Shown in pieces: positions 1-12,240 of a DNA stretch of 64,000 bases (positions within the stretch are counted from its first letter, which is position 1; each line of letters starts with the position of its first letter). Under the pieces are notes generated by a model that worked only from the letters and a program-made list of their open reading frames with translations, made no database searches and was not told the DNA's origin. The DNA comes from Podarcis bocagei. Its lineage: Eukaryota. The stretch lies in assembly GCA_964188305.1 (NCBI GenBank), contig OZ076901.1; one strand, 5' to 3'. Made by a program: the position numbers and the translations under genes.

Positions 1-525
1 AACACAGGAAAAGGGCCTCCTGGATGAGGCCTGTGGCCCATCTAGTTCAGCATCCTGTTCTCACATTAGCCAACCAGATACTCCAATGAGAAACCCACAA
101 GCAAGATTTGAGCACAAGAGCTCTCCCGCCTCCTTTGGTTTGCAGCAACTGGTTTTCAGATGCATCACTGCCTCCAGCTCCAGGCAGAGCATACCCATCA
201 TGGCTAGTAGCCTAGCCCAACCTGCTGCACTGCAGGAATCACAAGCAAGGAATCCCTGACAAATGGCCATCCAACCTCTATTTAAAAACCTCCCACAAAC
301 TTCCGAGGGAAACCGTTCCACTGTCAAACAGCTCTTACTGTCAGGAAGTTCCAGCTGTTGAGCTAGAATCTCCTTTTTTGTCATTTGAATTCATTGGTTC
401 TGGGTCCTTCCCTCTGGAGCAGCAAAAAACCAACAAGCTTGCTCCATCTTCCTTGGGACAGCCCTTTAGATATTTGAAGATGGCTATCCTATCACTTCTC
501 AGTCTTTTCTTCTCTTCTCCAGGCT
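1..525 (-). mobile_element. Two adjacent CR1 LINE 3' fragments
   Basis: Reverse of the GAGAACAGGATGCTG(G/A)ACTAGATGGGCC tail; related copies at about 7900-7990, 23780-23885, 28560-28630, 47430-47690, 55870-55970. Confidence 0.7.
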
Positions 526-625
526 AAAAATTGGCTCGTCTATCACTTCAGAAAGTGCAAATTGCGTAGCGTTGCATTAAAAGGCATTCCCAGCTGAACC
601 AATTTCCGGGGGGGGGGGGGGCAAA

Positions 626-977
626 GGGATGTGGGTTGCGCTGTGGTCTAAACCACAGAGCCTAGGGCTTGCCGATCAGTAGGTCGGTGGTTCGAATCCC
701 CACGACGGAGTGAGCTCCCGTTGTTCGGTCCCAGCTCCTGCCCACCTGGCAGTTCGAAAGCACATCAGAGTGCAAGTAGATAAATAGGTACCGCTCCGGC
801 GGGAAAGTAAGGTAAACAGCGTTTCCGTGTGCTGCTTTGGCTTGCCATGCTGGCCACATGACCCAGAAGCTGTCTGCGGACAAACGCCGTCTCCCTCAGC
901 CTATAGAGTGAGATGAGCACGCAACCCCAGAATCGTCCATGACTGGAATTAACTGTCAGGGGTACTTTTACCTTTAC
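626..977 (+). mobile_element. Full-length Sauria SINE (lacertid-like)
   Basis: tRNA-like head with GGTTCGAATCCC box B, GTGCAAGTAGATAAATAGGTACCGC core, ACCTTT-repeat tail. Confidence 0.88.
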
Positions 978-1434
978 CCCTGTTTTACAACAACAACTAT
1001 TGTAGTGGACGATTATTTCCCTAGTGCATGAGTGTGTGCAAGACAGAGAGATGGAGAAGGACAGGTCTTCTTCACCAGCAAATTAAAGTGTCCATTTTGG
1101 GTGTCACAACAGGCATCAGTCACGGTTCAGGATTGGCCAGACACCAATTTTGAGGCCTCTGCTCTTGGCTTCACTGGGATGAGTCGGGAGGCTGGGCAGG
1201 ATCTTCAGCCCCAGGTATATTCATTCCAGTTCTTGTAGGGAACTCTCAACTAACTCGTGTAACCATTTGTAGGCAAGGCAGCTAAGTGTGTGGAGGTGAA
1301 GGTGTGGAGGCAGTTTAAAGTCTTCTTTGAAAGAAGGGATCCCATTTTCTGAGGCTAAACAAGCAATGCTGCAGGTGCCACGTCATACCCATTCTGCATT
1401 TATAAGAAATAAGAGTATTTATAAGAAATACTCA

Positions 1435-1705
1435 GGAACTCCCTGCCTCTTGATACCAGACAGGCGCCTTCACTGTAGTCTTTTTGGCTCTTGCTAAGAA
1501 CATTTTTGTTTAGGCAAGTCTCCCCAGATACATAGATTGTGTATGTATGTTTTGATCTGTTTCTAGTTTTTTGCTTATTTTATCTTTTGAATGTTTTAAA
1601 GAGTTGCTTTTACTGATAATTTTACTGTTTTATTCTCTCTATAAACCACTTTGAGGCTGTTTTCTACAGTCATGCAGTGTATAAATTTTATGAAATAAAT
1701 AAAAA
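1435..1705 (+). mobile_element. L2-type LINE 3' fragment
   Basis: GGAACTCCCTGCC ORF-end motif, T-rich 3'UTR, AAAT tail; similar pieces at about 14375-14625 and 38160-38530 (minus). Confidence 0.6.
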
Positions 1706-4700
1706 GATAAACGTGGACCCCTGGACCCACGCTGCTGTCCCCAGGCAACGACCAGTGTCTGGAGGGGAATGTTAATCTGATTATTCTCCTGGCCTCCCTT
1801 AATAGTGATTGATGCTGACCATCAACTCATCCTGAACAATCTCAAAGGATATTGGGAAACTGCTGAGCACTCCCTTCTGTTCCTACCTGAGGGTTTCGGT
1901 CCTCAAAGGCAGTGTTGGGCAACTGCTGCTGTGCCCCTAGGAATTATTTTACCACCGCAAGATAAGATCTTGTCCCTGGTGCTGTTTAACACCTGTACTC
2001 AGCCTCTGGGGAAGTTCATTCATCAGTTCTGGAGCAAGAAGCTGCCAGGTACCCAGAGACTTGAGTTCACCCAAACGTACCATGTTCACTGCTGCTCTCC
2101 TCCTACAGCTAGGAGCCTCTGAAGGGTAGCTTTTCATGCTAAACCAGTCATGGGGCTGTGGTTAACCAATCTTTTCATGAGTTAAGAAACTAGGGGTGAT
2201 CTTATCAGGTAGCAGGAATGTCAACTCACGACACACACGGATCATCAAAGGAACTGGATGCTTAGCACAATGGATATGGACTATGCAGGAAATGAATGCC
2301 GATGAACGTTTAAAATGCAAAAAATGTATGGTGTCTCTTACTTGCCTCCTCACTCCCAAATTCAGTGAGATTTCCTGTACTAAGACAATTGTCACATCCA
2401 CCCACCCCCGAATTTGGTCACTGCATCCAGTGCTCCCCAGTGCTAAATATCATCCTCCCAAATATGGAGTTTTGCACCCATGAGGACTAGAACCTTTAAC
2501 AAAATGAAAGCAAGTTTACGTACCCAATTCTACATCCTACACTTTTCTCTCTCCGCGCCAATGCCAACCAGGAGAACATATAGCAGCCCTGCTTATTGCC
2601 CTGGTGTTAGAGATCAGTCCTCCTGCCTTCAGGAAAAACTGTCAAAATGTTTTCAGCTGCCAATGAGCTTTGCGTTTGAGCCCTTATACGTTGCAAAGAA
2701 TTATGGGGATGTGAGCAGTTCTAGGGCACACCCTTAGCTCACAAACAGGGTGCTGGACAGGTCTTGGGGTTGTTGTGCGTGAACTGTGAACATGCCTCAC
2801 AAGTCACCAATCATTCCTCTGTGGTGGTAGAAATACAGGTACATGCTGAGAGCTCATCATATCTACATGTTTCAAGATGGAGCACAACTGAGAGACTGAA
2901 ATGTATATTACAGCTGCAAAGAGAGGGGAAAGTTCCAAATGTGAAACTTGTGGCAATGCAGTCCCCATGCACCACCTGAATTTTGCAAATTTCAATCAGG
3001 CGTCACCCTGTCTTGCTTGTGTTATTTTCTTGAAAGCAAGCAGGTGGTATATCTATAGCCATGAAGGAAGCTGGGTGTTCACTAGGCGCTTAAATTTCTT
3101 GCTAAATTCAAGAGCGCAGTGAACAGGCCACTTCCTTCACAGCTATAGATATTGCAAAGGAATGTTGATCCGGATGAAGTTTCACTCTCTTTCCCATTGA
3201 AAAAAAAAAGAAAAGAAAAAGCAGTGGTTAGTCCAGAACAAATCCTCTAGAATAATATCACTTAATTAAGCAAGGTCTGACCAGGTAAGGCACCTACTTT
3301 TTGCAGCCAAAATGGAGAAATAGTGCTTTCCTGTCCCTGGATTTAGAAGTGAAGTGGAACTAAATATTTTCAGCCAAATGCAACCAACCAACCAACCTGC
3401 CATACAAGACACCCTAGCCTTCCTACAGTGTGACTTGCTGGGAGAGTGAAAGGCTTGTGTGCTTCTGCCGCAGAACTGTGCAAGGAGGAGGGGAAAGATG
3501 CGAAGGCAGGGAAGGGAAAGAGATGGGGATTACGAAAAAGAAAGACAACAAGAAAACCTGACTGAAGAAAAAAAGAGGCTACCGGAAGATGGAGAATGCA
3601 AACGTTACAGCATGCAAGGGGGTCAACAGAGATGGGGTATGGAAATGAAATGCGGTACTGAGAGAAAATGAGAGAGTTCAAAGGGGTTAAAATGAAAACA
3701 CTAGGTTAAGACTGTGGCAGAAAGTTGTTGTTTTTTCCTGAGGTTACTGTAGCATTGAGGCTCTTTAGAGTACGCAATCTATATATGTAAAATATATGTG
3801 AATATATGCATGCAAAAGCCAAGCTGGGAGTGATTTGAGTTTAAACCTTTGTAGGTTTCTAATTCGCTCTCAGGTTGCATTAATGTAAGGAGGAAGTGAG
3901 CCTCCAGTCTTGGAAGCTTCCTATCTGGTTAAGCACTCTTAATCCAAAACTATTTAGGACAATGGGGCTGGCATTTGTGAAATTAAAAGCGGGGGATGGG
4001 ATGGGATTGGGTTCTCTTCTGAATCATGGCCACAATCGGGGTTTAGGCATCACATAGCCTCTCCCACCCCCCACTCGTCCGATCTAGTGTTACATGGGAC
4101 CATCACCAACCCAGATTAAAATGCAATTATTGGGCAGGGCGGGGGTTTAAGCACTACCAAACTCACTTTGAGAACTCTGGCTTGAAACTGAGCCCCTTTC
4201 TAACCCCCTCACCTCCTGCTTGTTTCCTTTGATGCCCTCCCAGCGTCATGCTCCTTCCTGCTCACAGCACACAGAGCAAGTCCAGTGGAGGATGACAAGC
4301 AAGTCCGCCCCCCACCCCGCTCCCTCACCTGACCAGGCAAACCCCAGGTTTACAGTGCTACACACCTCAGTCTCTCCACATAGACCCTCTGGCACTGGAT
4401 TGGGGCTTAGAGTGGCAGACCTATGTGCGGAGGGCTCCCCCCTCCTTTGGTTCCTGGCCTGCTTCATCTCATATCAGCCTTTTGCATTTACACTATCCTT
4501 GATTTCCGCTCCTTTACCCTCCTAAATATGAGAGTCAAGGCATTACTCCATGTTGCCCACACCTTCAATTATAACTCAGAACCAATCCTTTCCCCAAGCT
4601 GCATGGGCATCCATCCCCTTAACCTAAACCGACTTTTGATTTTCTAAAACACTGTTCTGTCATTGAGCAGATGTCGCAGAAGCTCAACCTGGCAGGTTCT

Positions 4701-5570
4701 GCCCTGGATTTGTGCATCTTTTGCCATTCAGACAGGATGTCTGAATGGCAGCTTCCCTTCCCACCCCCAGTGTGGAAAGGATCCCTCAGAAGATCAAGTG
4801 CTTGTCCCTTGAAACAGATCTGTGCAACATAATGTGTAAGTTTTTAGGATGGACTGCTGCAATGCGCTTGCTATTGGATTGCCCTTGAAGATGTCGGAAG
4901 TGCTTCAGGTTGCATCCACTCAAAAATAATTAGTGAAGATTGCTGGTACATGTGGTGCAGCCAGCAATGGCCCTGTTAGATTCTAAGGATGCACAGAAGG
5001 TATCAGCCTGTTTAAAGTCCTGGACGCATGCAGAAGAGAGGTGCTGAGAGGTGCCACTACCCTAAAAAAAACAGTCACCACTGAGTCCTTGCCTTGCTTA
5101 GACAATGGATTCAGAGGTGGCCTTACCAGATGTGTAGCTGCCAGATTTTGAGCTTTTGACCTAGAAGTTATTTGGGGCAATTGGCCTCCAGGTATTACTG
5201 TGGGCTCCCAAGTTCCTTGTTGTTTATTGACTTCAAACACTTTCCAAATGAAAGACCTCCCGGGGTGGACTACCACAATAAAAAGATTATAAAGCAATTT
5301 ATAACGGGCAGGAGGTCAAATCAACACAGCAGGAATAACGAATAGCAGCAGCCAACAGATGGGTCAAAAGGAAGCTACTCACAATCAGCCTGTCCTATCT
5401 CAATGCCTCCCTGTCCTCAATGAATAACTGGATTTTTATTGCCAGCCAGAAGGTGAACAGTGATGGAGACTGGTGTCCCTTGGGAGAGTGTTGCATAATG
5501 CCAGTGCCAACAATGGGAAAGCTTATGGGTTGTATCTAATGTTAGTCCCACTCAGAGTAGATTTCTAAAT

Positions 5571-5960
5571 CCATGGTTCCCAATTTTGGGGGGGGCACTG
5601 TCTTCTTGGTTCCATACACTCATCCACAATGCCCCTTACCACACACTATAGGGCACATCCATGCCAAACTGGTTTAACAGTCAATCCCTCTTCCCAGGGA
5701 ACTCTGGGAATTATAGTCCTGGGAGAGAGATGGGAGTCACTTCACAGTTTCTAGCACCCATAACAAACTACAGTTCCCAGGATTCCTTGGGGAAACCATG
5801 ACTGTTAAAGTGGTATGAAATCGATATATGTGGATGAGGCACATAAAAAGAATTATTCAGAATAGCAGTTTGCATGACACACTAAGGAAGAGAATAAACA
5901 CAGTAAAACGTGAAACGGCAGCAATTCAATGCACGCATATTCAAAATCCAGTTAACACTA
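5571..5960 (+). mobile_element. Degenerate hAT-type MITE interrupted by a second MITE at about 5651-5842
   Basis: Both halves resemble 46113-46410 (ATTATTCAGAATAGC and ATTCAAAATCCAGTTAA shared); inner element has GGGCACATCCA...TGGATGAGGC termini. Confidence 0.7.
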
Positions 5961-8923
5961 TGTAGTTTAGTTAATTCAAGTCCGCTAGGGAATCACACTG
6001 CCCCCTCCGGAAGGGGCAATATAGCCCACTTTGCGTCTGGCGGCTCCAAAGGCTAAAGCCAGCCCTCTAAATTGTAGGCTCCATATGACAGGCTCAGATA
6101 ACATTCTGGCAGCTTATTCTTTAAAAAAAGTTTTTATTAAATTTGCCTGCAGCACCAACAACAATAAACAATTCATACTGAACACACAGAATGCAATTGT
6201 GGCTGTTGACCATCATTATGAGAGCCACTGCCATTTTTAAAGGCAGTTCCACACAGAACGCATAGCAGCAACCCTAACCTGTTAGTTATGAAAGGCACAA
6301 ATAACAGTTGCAGAATCATGCTCTCTTCAGCACTGGGTCCCAGTAGGGGCCTTTCAGCTCATGACAAGATGTTTGAAAGCTGGTGTGGTGTACTTGGTGC
6401 CACAGACTGAATAAATAAATAAATATGGGCCTTGAATCAGCCACATGATGGGTGGGACCCACAGCTCTCTCATATGACCCCATCTTTTCTCCTTTGCTTG
6501 GACCTGCTCCCCCACAACGCATGGATGCTGCCATCTCTCACTTCCTTCAAATTCCCCCTTAATACCCAACTTTTCTAGGAAGTCTTCCGCACAACCATGC
6601 TATATTGTAACTTAGTCTGTCACCAAGCCTTAATATGCATACATGTTGGAGAAAGTTGCAGGAAATAAATCTAAGAAATAAATGGAATAATTGCACATTC
6701 TTTCCCTGCCTTCACTTCCCCTGTTGTCAAATTCCTCTACGTTCCTTCATCAGGCAGGGACTGGTCCTCTTGGACTTTCAAGCATATCGGTGGCATGAAA
6801 ATAAATAAATAATAGGGGACCTTGGGCCATTTATTATCTCTCAGTAATAATGTATATCATAGGGTTGTTCTGAAGATAAAATAAGCTAAATTACTGTGTA
6901 TGCCATATAGGTTTCTCCGAGAGCCTTGGACAAAATAAGGTGGGATACAAGAACTATGAGTAATATTAATATTACTCTTGCATGGATTCTTTGGCTGTAA
7001 TCCCTGCATTGTAGGGGGTTGGACTAACTGACCCTTGGGGTCCCTTCCAATTCTGCAGTTCTAGGATTCTAAAAAAGATTGAGATAGTCAGATCAAGCTG
7101 ACGGGACATTCTTTTGCTCTGGAAGTGTGCAGGAGGCAGCCTTATTCTCGTTTGCAATTATCAGAGATGTTCTATTCCAGAACCATCTCATTCCGCTCTG
7201 CGAGATAACATTCTGCATCTCCAGAAGGTAATCATTTGCCCCAAACTCTCTGAACAAGTATCCAGAGCCAACTTTATCACTACTAGCATCTAAGCTGTGA
7301 TAATTGACTGATGTCAGCATCAGACATCTAGTGAACATTGCTGAAAAGTAAATAAATCCAATGCAATGTATGAAGCTGCCTTGTGCTGCTGCTCCTTGCA
7401 GCCAGTATCACTTACTCTGACTGGCAGCCAGGATCTCATGCAGAGAGAGGTCTTTCCCAGCCTGTTACCTGAGATCCTTTAATAAGTGATGTCAGCAATG
7501 GAGCAAGGCTCTTCCACATTTAAATAGGCCTGCCCCAAACAAGTACATGTTCCTTTAATCATATGAAGCTGCCTGGTGCTGCATTGAAAAATTGGTCCAA
7601 CTTGCTTAACATTTTCTACTTTGACTGGCAGAGGTTCTCTGAGTCACAGACAGGGCTCTTAGCTCTACTCACGTCAGATCCTTTGTGATGGAGATGCTAG
7701 GAATATAAGAAGCAAGGACCTTCCACATGCAAGATGGATGTTCTACCAACACCACCAAGAGAAGACACAGGAACCCAAGAGAAGACTCGTGTTCTCTCAC
7801 ATGTTAGTGGGCAGTTGCATTCTTAATCCCTCAACTCCTGGACCTCAACAATTTGATCCATTGAGCCACAGGAGTGCTCTTATGTTTGTGCATTTCCCAC
7901 AGGCATCTGGTCAGCCACTGTAAGAACAGGATGCTGGACCAGATGGGCCATTGTCCTGATCCAGCAGGCTCTTCTTATCTTCTTGTGTTCACATGGGCAT
8001 TCATAAACCACCCAATAAATCTGCCACTTTTTGTTTCTTCTCTGTCTCCCAAGTAGCCCCCTCAAACCAGTGCAATCCAACGCAACTGCTCCAACTCACT
8101 TACAATTTTGGTTTCAGCCCAGCTAAATTCAACCACTGTCGGCAGCTTCCAACTCATTAAGGGTTCTGAACTGGATTTTGTAAACTACAGGGCATCGGCT
8201 GGGCTTTGTACTACTTGCCTTGACAACAATGAACTCAAGTCATGTGAGGACCCTGCGAGGTGAGTCACAGGTTGCGAGGCAAGATGGCACACGAACGCAG
8301 AGCAGCAGCTGTGCTCCATCACAATAGACTGGGCTTCACAACGAGGGGCGTTGGGTTTTCCCATTTGCAAGAAGCCCCTTCTTGCAGCTCTCTCTCTCAT
8401 GACCAAAACAAGAGGACCCATGACTGAAGTTTCTGAGTCATCGTAGAAACTCGTGGTCAGAAGATACATGGCCATCACTTCAGAACACAGCTCTTTGGGA
8501 CAGGAGAAGGGAGCAGATCACTGGAGGTGACTATTTGGAAACACACCTTGTCGCCAAAAGAAACCAAATGGGAGGAAAGATTTCTGGATGCAATGAAGAC
8601 CAAAATGATGCATCCAAGAGAGAGAGAGAGAGCCTCGGGTTTTGGTGCCTTCACATTTCATTCACAAAGAGAATTCACACTTTTGCATGGAAGCCACATG
8701 TCCCTAACTTTATGCTTGCTTAGCAGCCGGAAGAGGAGTAATTCTATCATTCTGAAAAAAACGACACTGAAAACCAGACAGGTGGGCACCTCCACAAGAA
8801 AGAAAACTCTGAGGCTTTGGTTTCTTGGTGGAATGGAAGACCCCTGTAGTCAACAGACCAACCACTGGACAGAAGTGGGGCAGGGAGAGGGGCTGGGGGG
8901 AAGCAGAATAAAGGTCCTCTTAC

Positions 8924-9160
8924 CTGCAGCAGTTTCCCTTCAGCTGGGGTGACCTCGGCCACACTTGCGAAGACTCCTTCCAGTGTGAGGGGCTCCAGCT
9001 TCAGAGGGATCACCCGGATGATTGCCTTCTGGACCAAAGAGCGCTCGGCTTCCATGGCCGCCACCAGAGCCAGTCCTGAGTAGCCCAGGCGTATCTGCAG
9101 CGTAGCCATTAGCAGCCAAGGCCAGAGGACTGCCAGCTGTAGCTGGGGGCCAACACTCAT
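8924..9160 (-). CDS. RNF43: RNF43 first coding exon (signal peptide and start of PA domain), 79 codons; downstream exons lie outside the window
   Basis: [22 protein letters not shown]...[11 protein letters not shown]...[21 protein letters not shown] matches the RNF43 N-terminus; CAG|GTAAG donor at 8923, phase 0; synteny with HSF5 and MTMR4. Confidence 0.96.
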
Positions 9161-9622
9161 GCTCCCAGGTGCAGCAGTGCGCTCCGGCCACACATACTGC
9201 TCAGGAATGTGTCCTCACCCCGCCAGCAGGTTCCAACAACAGGCAAAAATTGTTGAGGATTAGAAGCCCTCCGTGTGGCGGCAGCAGTCAATGGGTCAGA
9301 GGAGAAAACAGAGCAGGGTTACCTGCCGTCCCTACCTCCGGGTTCTCCTTGTTTCCCCCGTGCTAGGAGGGTTTCTCCGTGCCACGTGTATGAAGGCCTC
9401 AAGCTCCACAAGATCACAAGGATCAGGTCAGGTTCTCCTCCTCCTCCTCCTCCTCCAGATGAACTCAGATGTTGTAAGCAGAACCAAGGGGGCTCGGGGA
9501 GCGTAGGGTACAAAGAGCTCTTGGGTTCTTCTGGGAAGGGTGTCAGAGCTGGCGGTTGGAGAGAGGCAGTTCCCCATGGAAAGACAATCTCTGCTTCCCA
9601 AATCCTTTTAGCCTCTTATATC
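9161..9622 (-). other. RNF43: Probable RNF43 5'UTR part of the first coding exon
   Basis: Candidate acceptor CCCTGTTTGCCATCCTAG|G with AG at 9624-9623; boundary inferred. Confidence 0.5.
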
Positions 9623-10432
9623 CTAGGATGGCAAACAGGGCCAATCCCCTGATATCAGATGGCCTTAGCAGCCCTTGTTGACTTCTGACCAGTGAGTTAC
9701 TTTTCCCATCTCCAAGAACGTTAACTATTCTTGTCTCTCTCTCCTTTCCATGCCACAGATGAACAGGCAATGGTGACTGGGAAGGGGCTCCATTTAGGAG
9801 TCAGAACAGTCAACCAGTTTTTTTCATGTTAAATTAAGATCACTGTCATCAGCTATGTCTTCATCTATTTCTCTCCACCTGCCTCTGGTGCCAACACCTC
9901 AGTCACCTGGTTGTGGGTATTAAAATCAATCTTCTAGGTTGGAATTTTCCACCCGTTTGTCATTTTTAATCCAGATGGTATAATCTGCAACTCCCTAAAT
10001 TCATGAAAGGAACAAGACATTGCTCAGATGTTTTTCAGATCTCGAAAATTTAAAAAGGCCCCAAACAGGAAAAACAACTACGGAGAGAGACACCTGTGCA
10101 TTTTATTCCATTCCTATACGAATCTCGGAATTAATATATCCGCTTTTAGATGTGCATTACTGAAAACATGAAAGAAGGCATCCTAAACATTAGAAAAAAA
10201 ATATCCACCGGAAATCTTCATGACTGCAGAAAATCATAGACATTTATCTGCGAAAATGTTTGTTCAGTCAAGTAAAGGAGGGAAAATATTTTTTTTAAGT
10301 GGCATGCAAACCTGGTATGTAGTTTGCCTCTGAGAATCCATGGGTTTAAGTAACAGCTGGAAGGTTCACTACAAATCCTGGACAAAAAAATATTTCAGTA
10401 ATCAATCAAAATGTGTGCTGAATCTTACTTAC

Positions 10433-11050
10433 AGATTTCAGGGACTGAGGGGAGAGTGAGGAGACTTGCAGAGACATTCTATACAGGTAAATGTGAAATT
10501 CCAGTCTGAATCAGAAGGAAAAATTGACTCCAGGCTGAAGACTCGTGGGCCAGGCGTGGCGACAATCTAGCTTCCAAAGCAACCTAAAAAAAATCTTGCT
10601 AGGAATCCAGGAGCACTTCTGAAAACTCCTTTTGAGTTTGAGCAGAACAACCTCCCCTTCTTTCAGCGGATACAGTAAGCAAGTCTGAGCAGGGAGCAGG
10701 AAAGAAGTTGCTTCAAACAGCAGAAATCCAGCGGCAAACTTCGGAAGGTTGCTTTAAGGGAGAATGTGATCTTGTTCTTCAAAGGAGTAGCAGGGACCCG
10801 AGGGGTTGAGTGGACTTGGGCAGCTCTGCAGAGGTCGTGGGAGAGCTTCCTTTCCAGAACAGCACCACTGGATCAGCTCCTAGGAGGCAAAAACCCTTCC
10901 AAAAAAACCTGTGGCTCGTAGCTTGTACTCTCTGCTCTCTGCCTCCCTCCCCTGGGACTGCAAGCACTTTCTACCTGCTGACACAAAGTGAGGGTGGAGC
11001 AGCCAAAGGCAACGACCCCACCCCCTAAATCTGGTTTTCAGAGCTCCTAG
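10433..11050 (-). promoter_or_regulatory. RNF43: Probable RNF43 non-coding exon 1 and promoter
   Basis: Repeat-free block with candidate donor TCT|GTAAGT at 10432 and TCF/LEF site CTTCAAAGG at 10777-10785; TSS not determinable. Confidence 0.4.
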
Positions 11051-12227
11051 ACTCCCTCTCCTGATCCACAGCTAAACTGCATTCAAGTACAGCCTTCACT
11101 TCGCTTCTGACAACCGAATCATCTGTTCTATGTAAGCCAGATTTGCTCACTTCTCCCTTCCAAAGAACTGCACGCAACAAGAGCACAGATGGAAATTAAA
11201 AGTCAAATGAGTTCAGTCCAAAAAAATTGTTAGGGCTCCTTCATTTGCCAATGTAGACTAACCAGCTTCACTGTAGCACTTTAAATAGCACAGAGGCTAG
11301 TATCTGTAAGTCACTTCCACACAGGAGCAAGAATCAATTCACAGCCGGGAGAACTGTGCACCCTACAGTTTTTCTTCAGCTCTTGTTAATTTTGATTCAG
11401 GAGATGTTTCCACCACTGCCGCCACCTCACCCCATCCCGCCGTAGCCACTGCAAGGAAGATTTCAGGTCATGCTGATGTCAGAGACCTGGAATTCAACTA
11501 CTGTATTATTCTCCTCTGACATCACTAAGAGGTGAGTAAGTTTGCAAGTGGGAGTTGTAACTTCTCATGTGATATACTGCACTGGGTTACAGCGTTCAGG
11601 TTACTAGAAAGTCAAGTATCCTGCAATGTACAGAAACTTGTGACAAAATCTATTTTTTCAATAAAATCTATTTAGGTACAGAGAAAAACTACATCATCTT
11701 AAATAAAAGAAGGAAAACTGCCAAGATCCAAACATTTAGCCAGCTTCACCTTTTGTACAATTGTGGCAAGCTGAATATGGATATTTTTACTAAAGTTCTG
11801 TGAACTCTGTTAGTTAATTATCTGTCATTATCTAGGTTGAAAGTGTTATGTACGATGGTTTCTAATTTATTGCTTTAAATAAAGAGGAGCAATACAGAGC
11901 AACAAATTTATGCCCACAACACACCCTGTTTCTGTCCAGATCATTCAGGATGTCGGAGGCTTCCACCAACATACTAGGGGAGGTCTGCCAGTGGACATAT
12001 CATTCCACTGATGTGGCTTCATCTTCAGTGGCAGGACAATACCTCCATCACTTCCTAAGGCTTCTTGGCTGTTAGATCTTTAAGACAGAACTGTACAATT
12101 ACGGTAGAAGGTTACAACTCAATGGATATGCAAGTCTTCTTTCACACTTAGTGGGTGGGATGTTTTTGTAATTCACTACTCAATTTAAAACAAACTACGA
12201 AACTGTAGACTTCTTTGGAGTGGGCAC

Positions 12228-12240
12228 TTTATTGTTTATT
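12228..12240 (-). terminator. Candidate HSF5 polyadenylation signals (tandem AATAAA)
   Basis: Minus strand AATAAACAATAAA about 1.8 kb after the stop; alternative AATAAA at 11866-11871. Confidence 0.4.
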
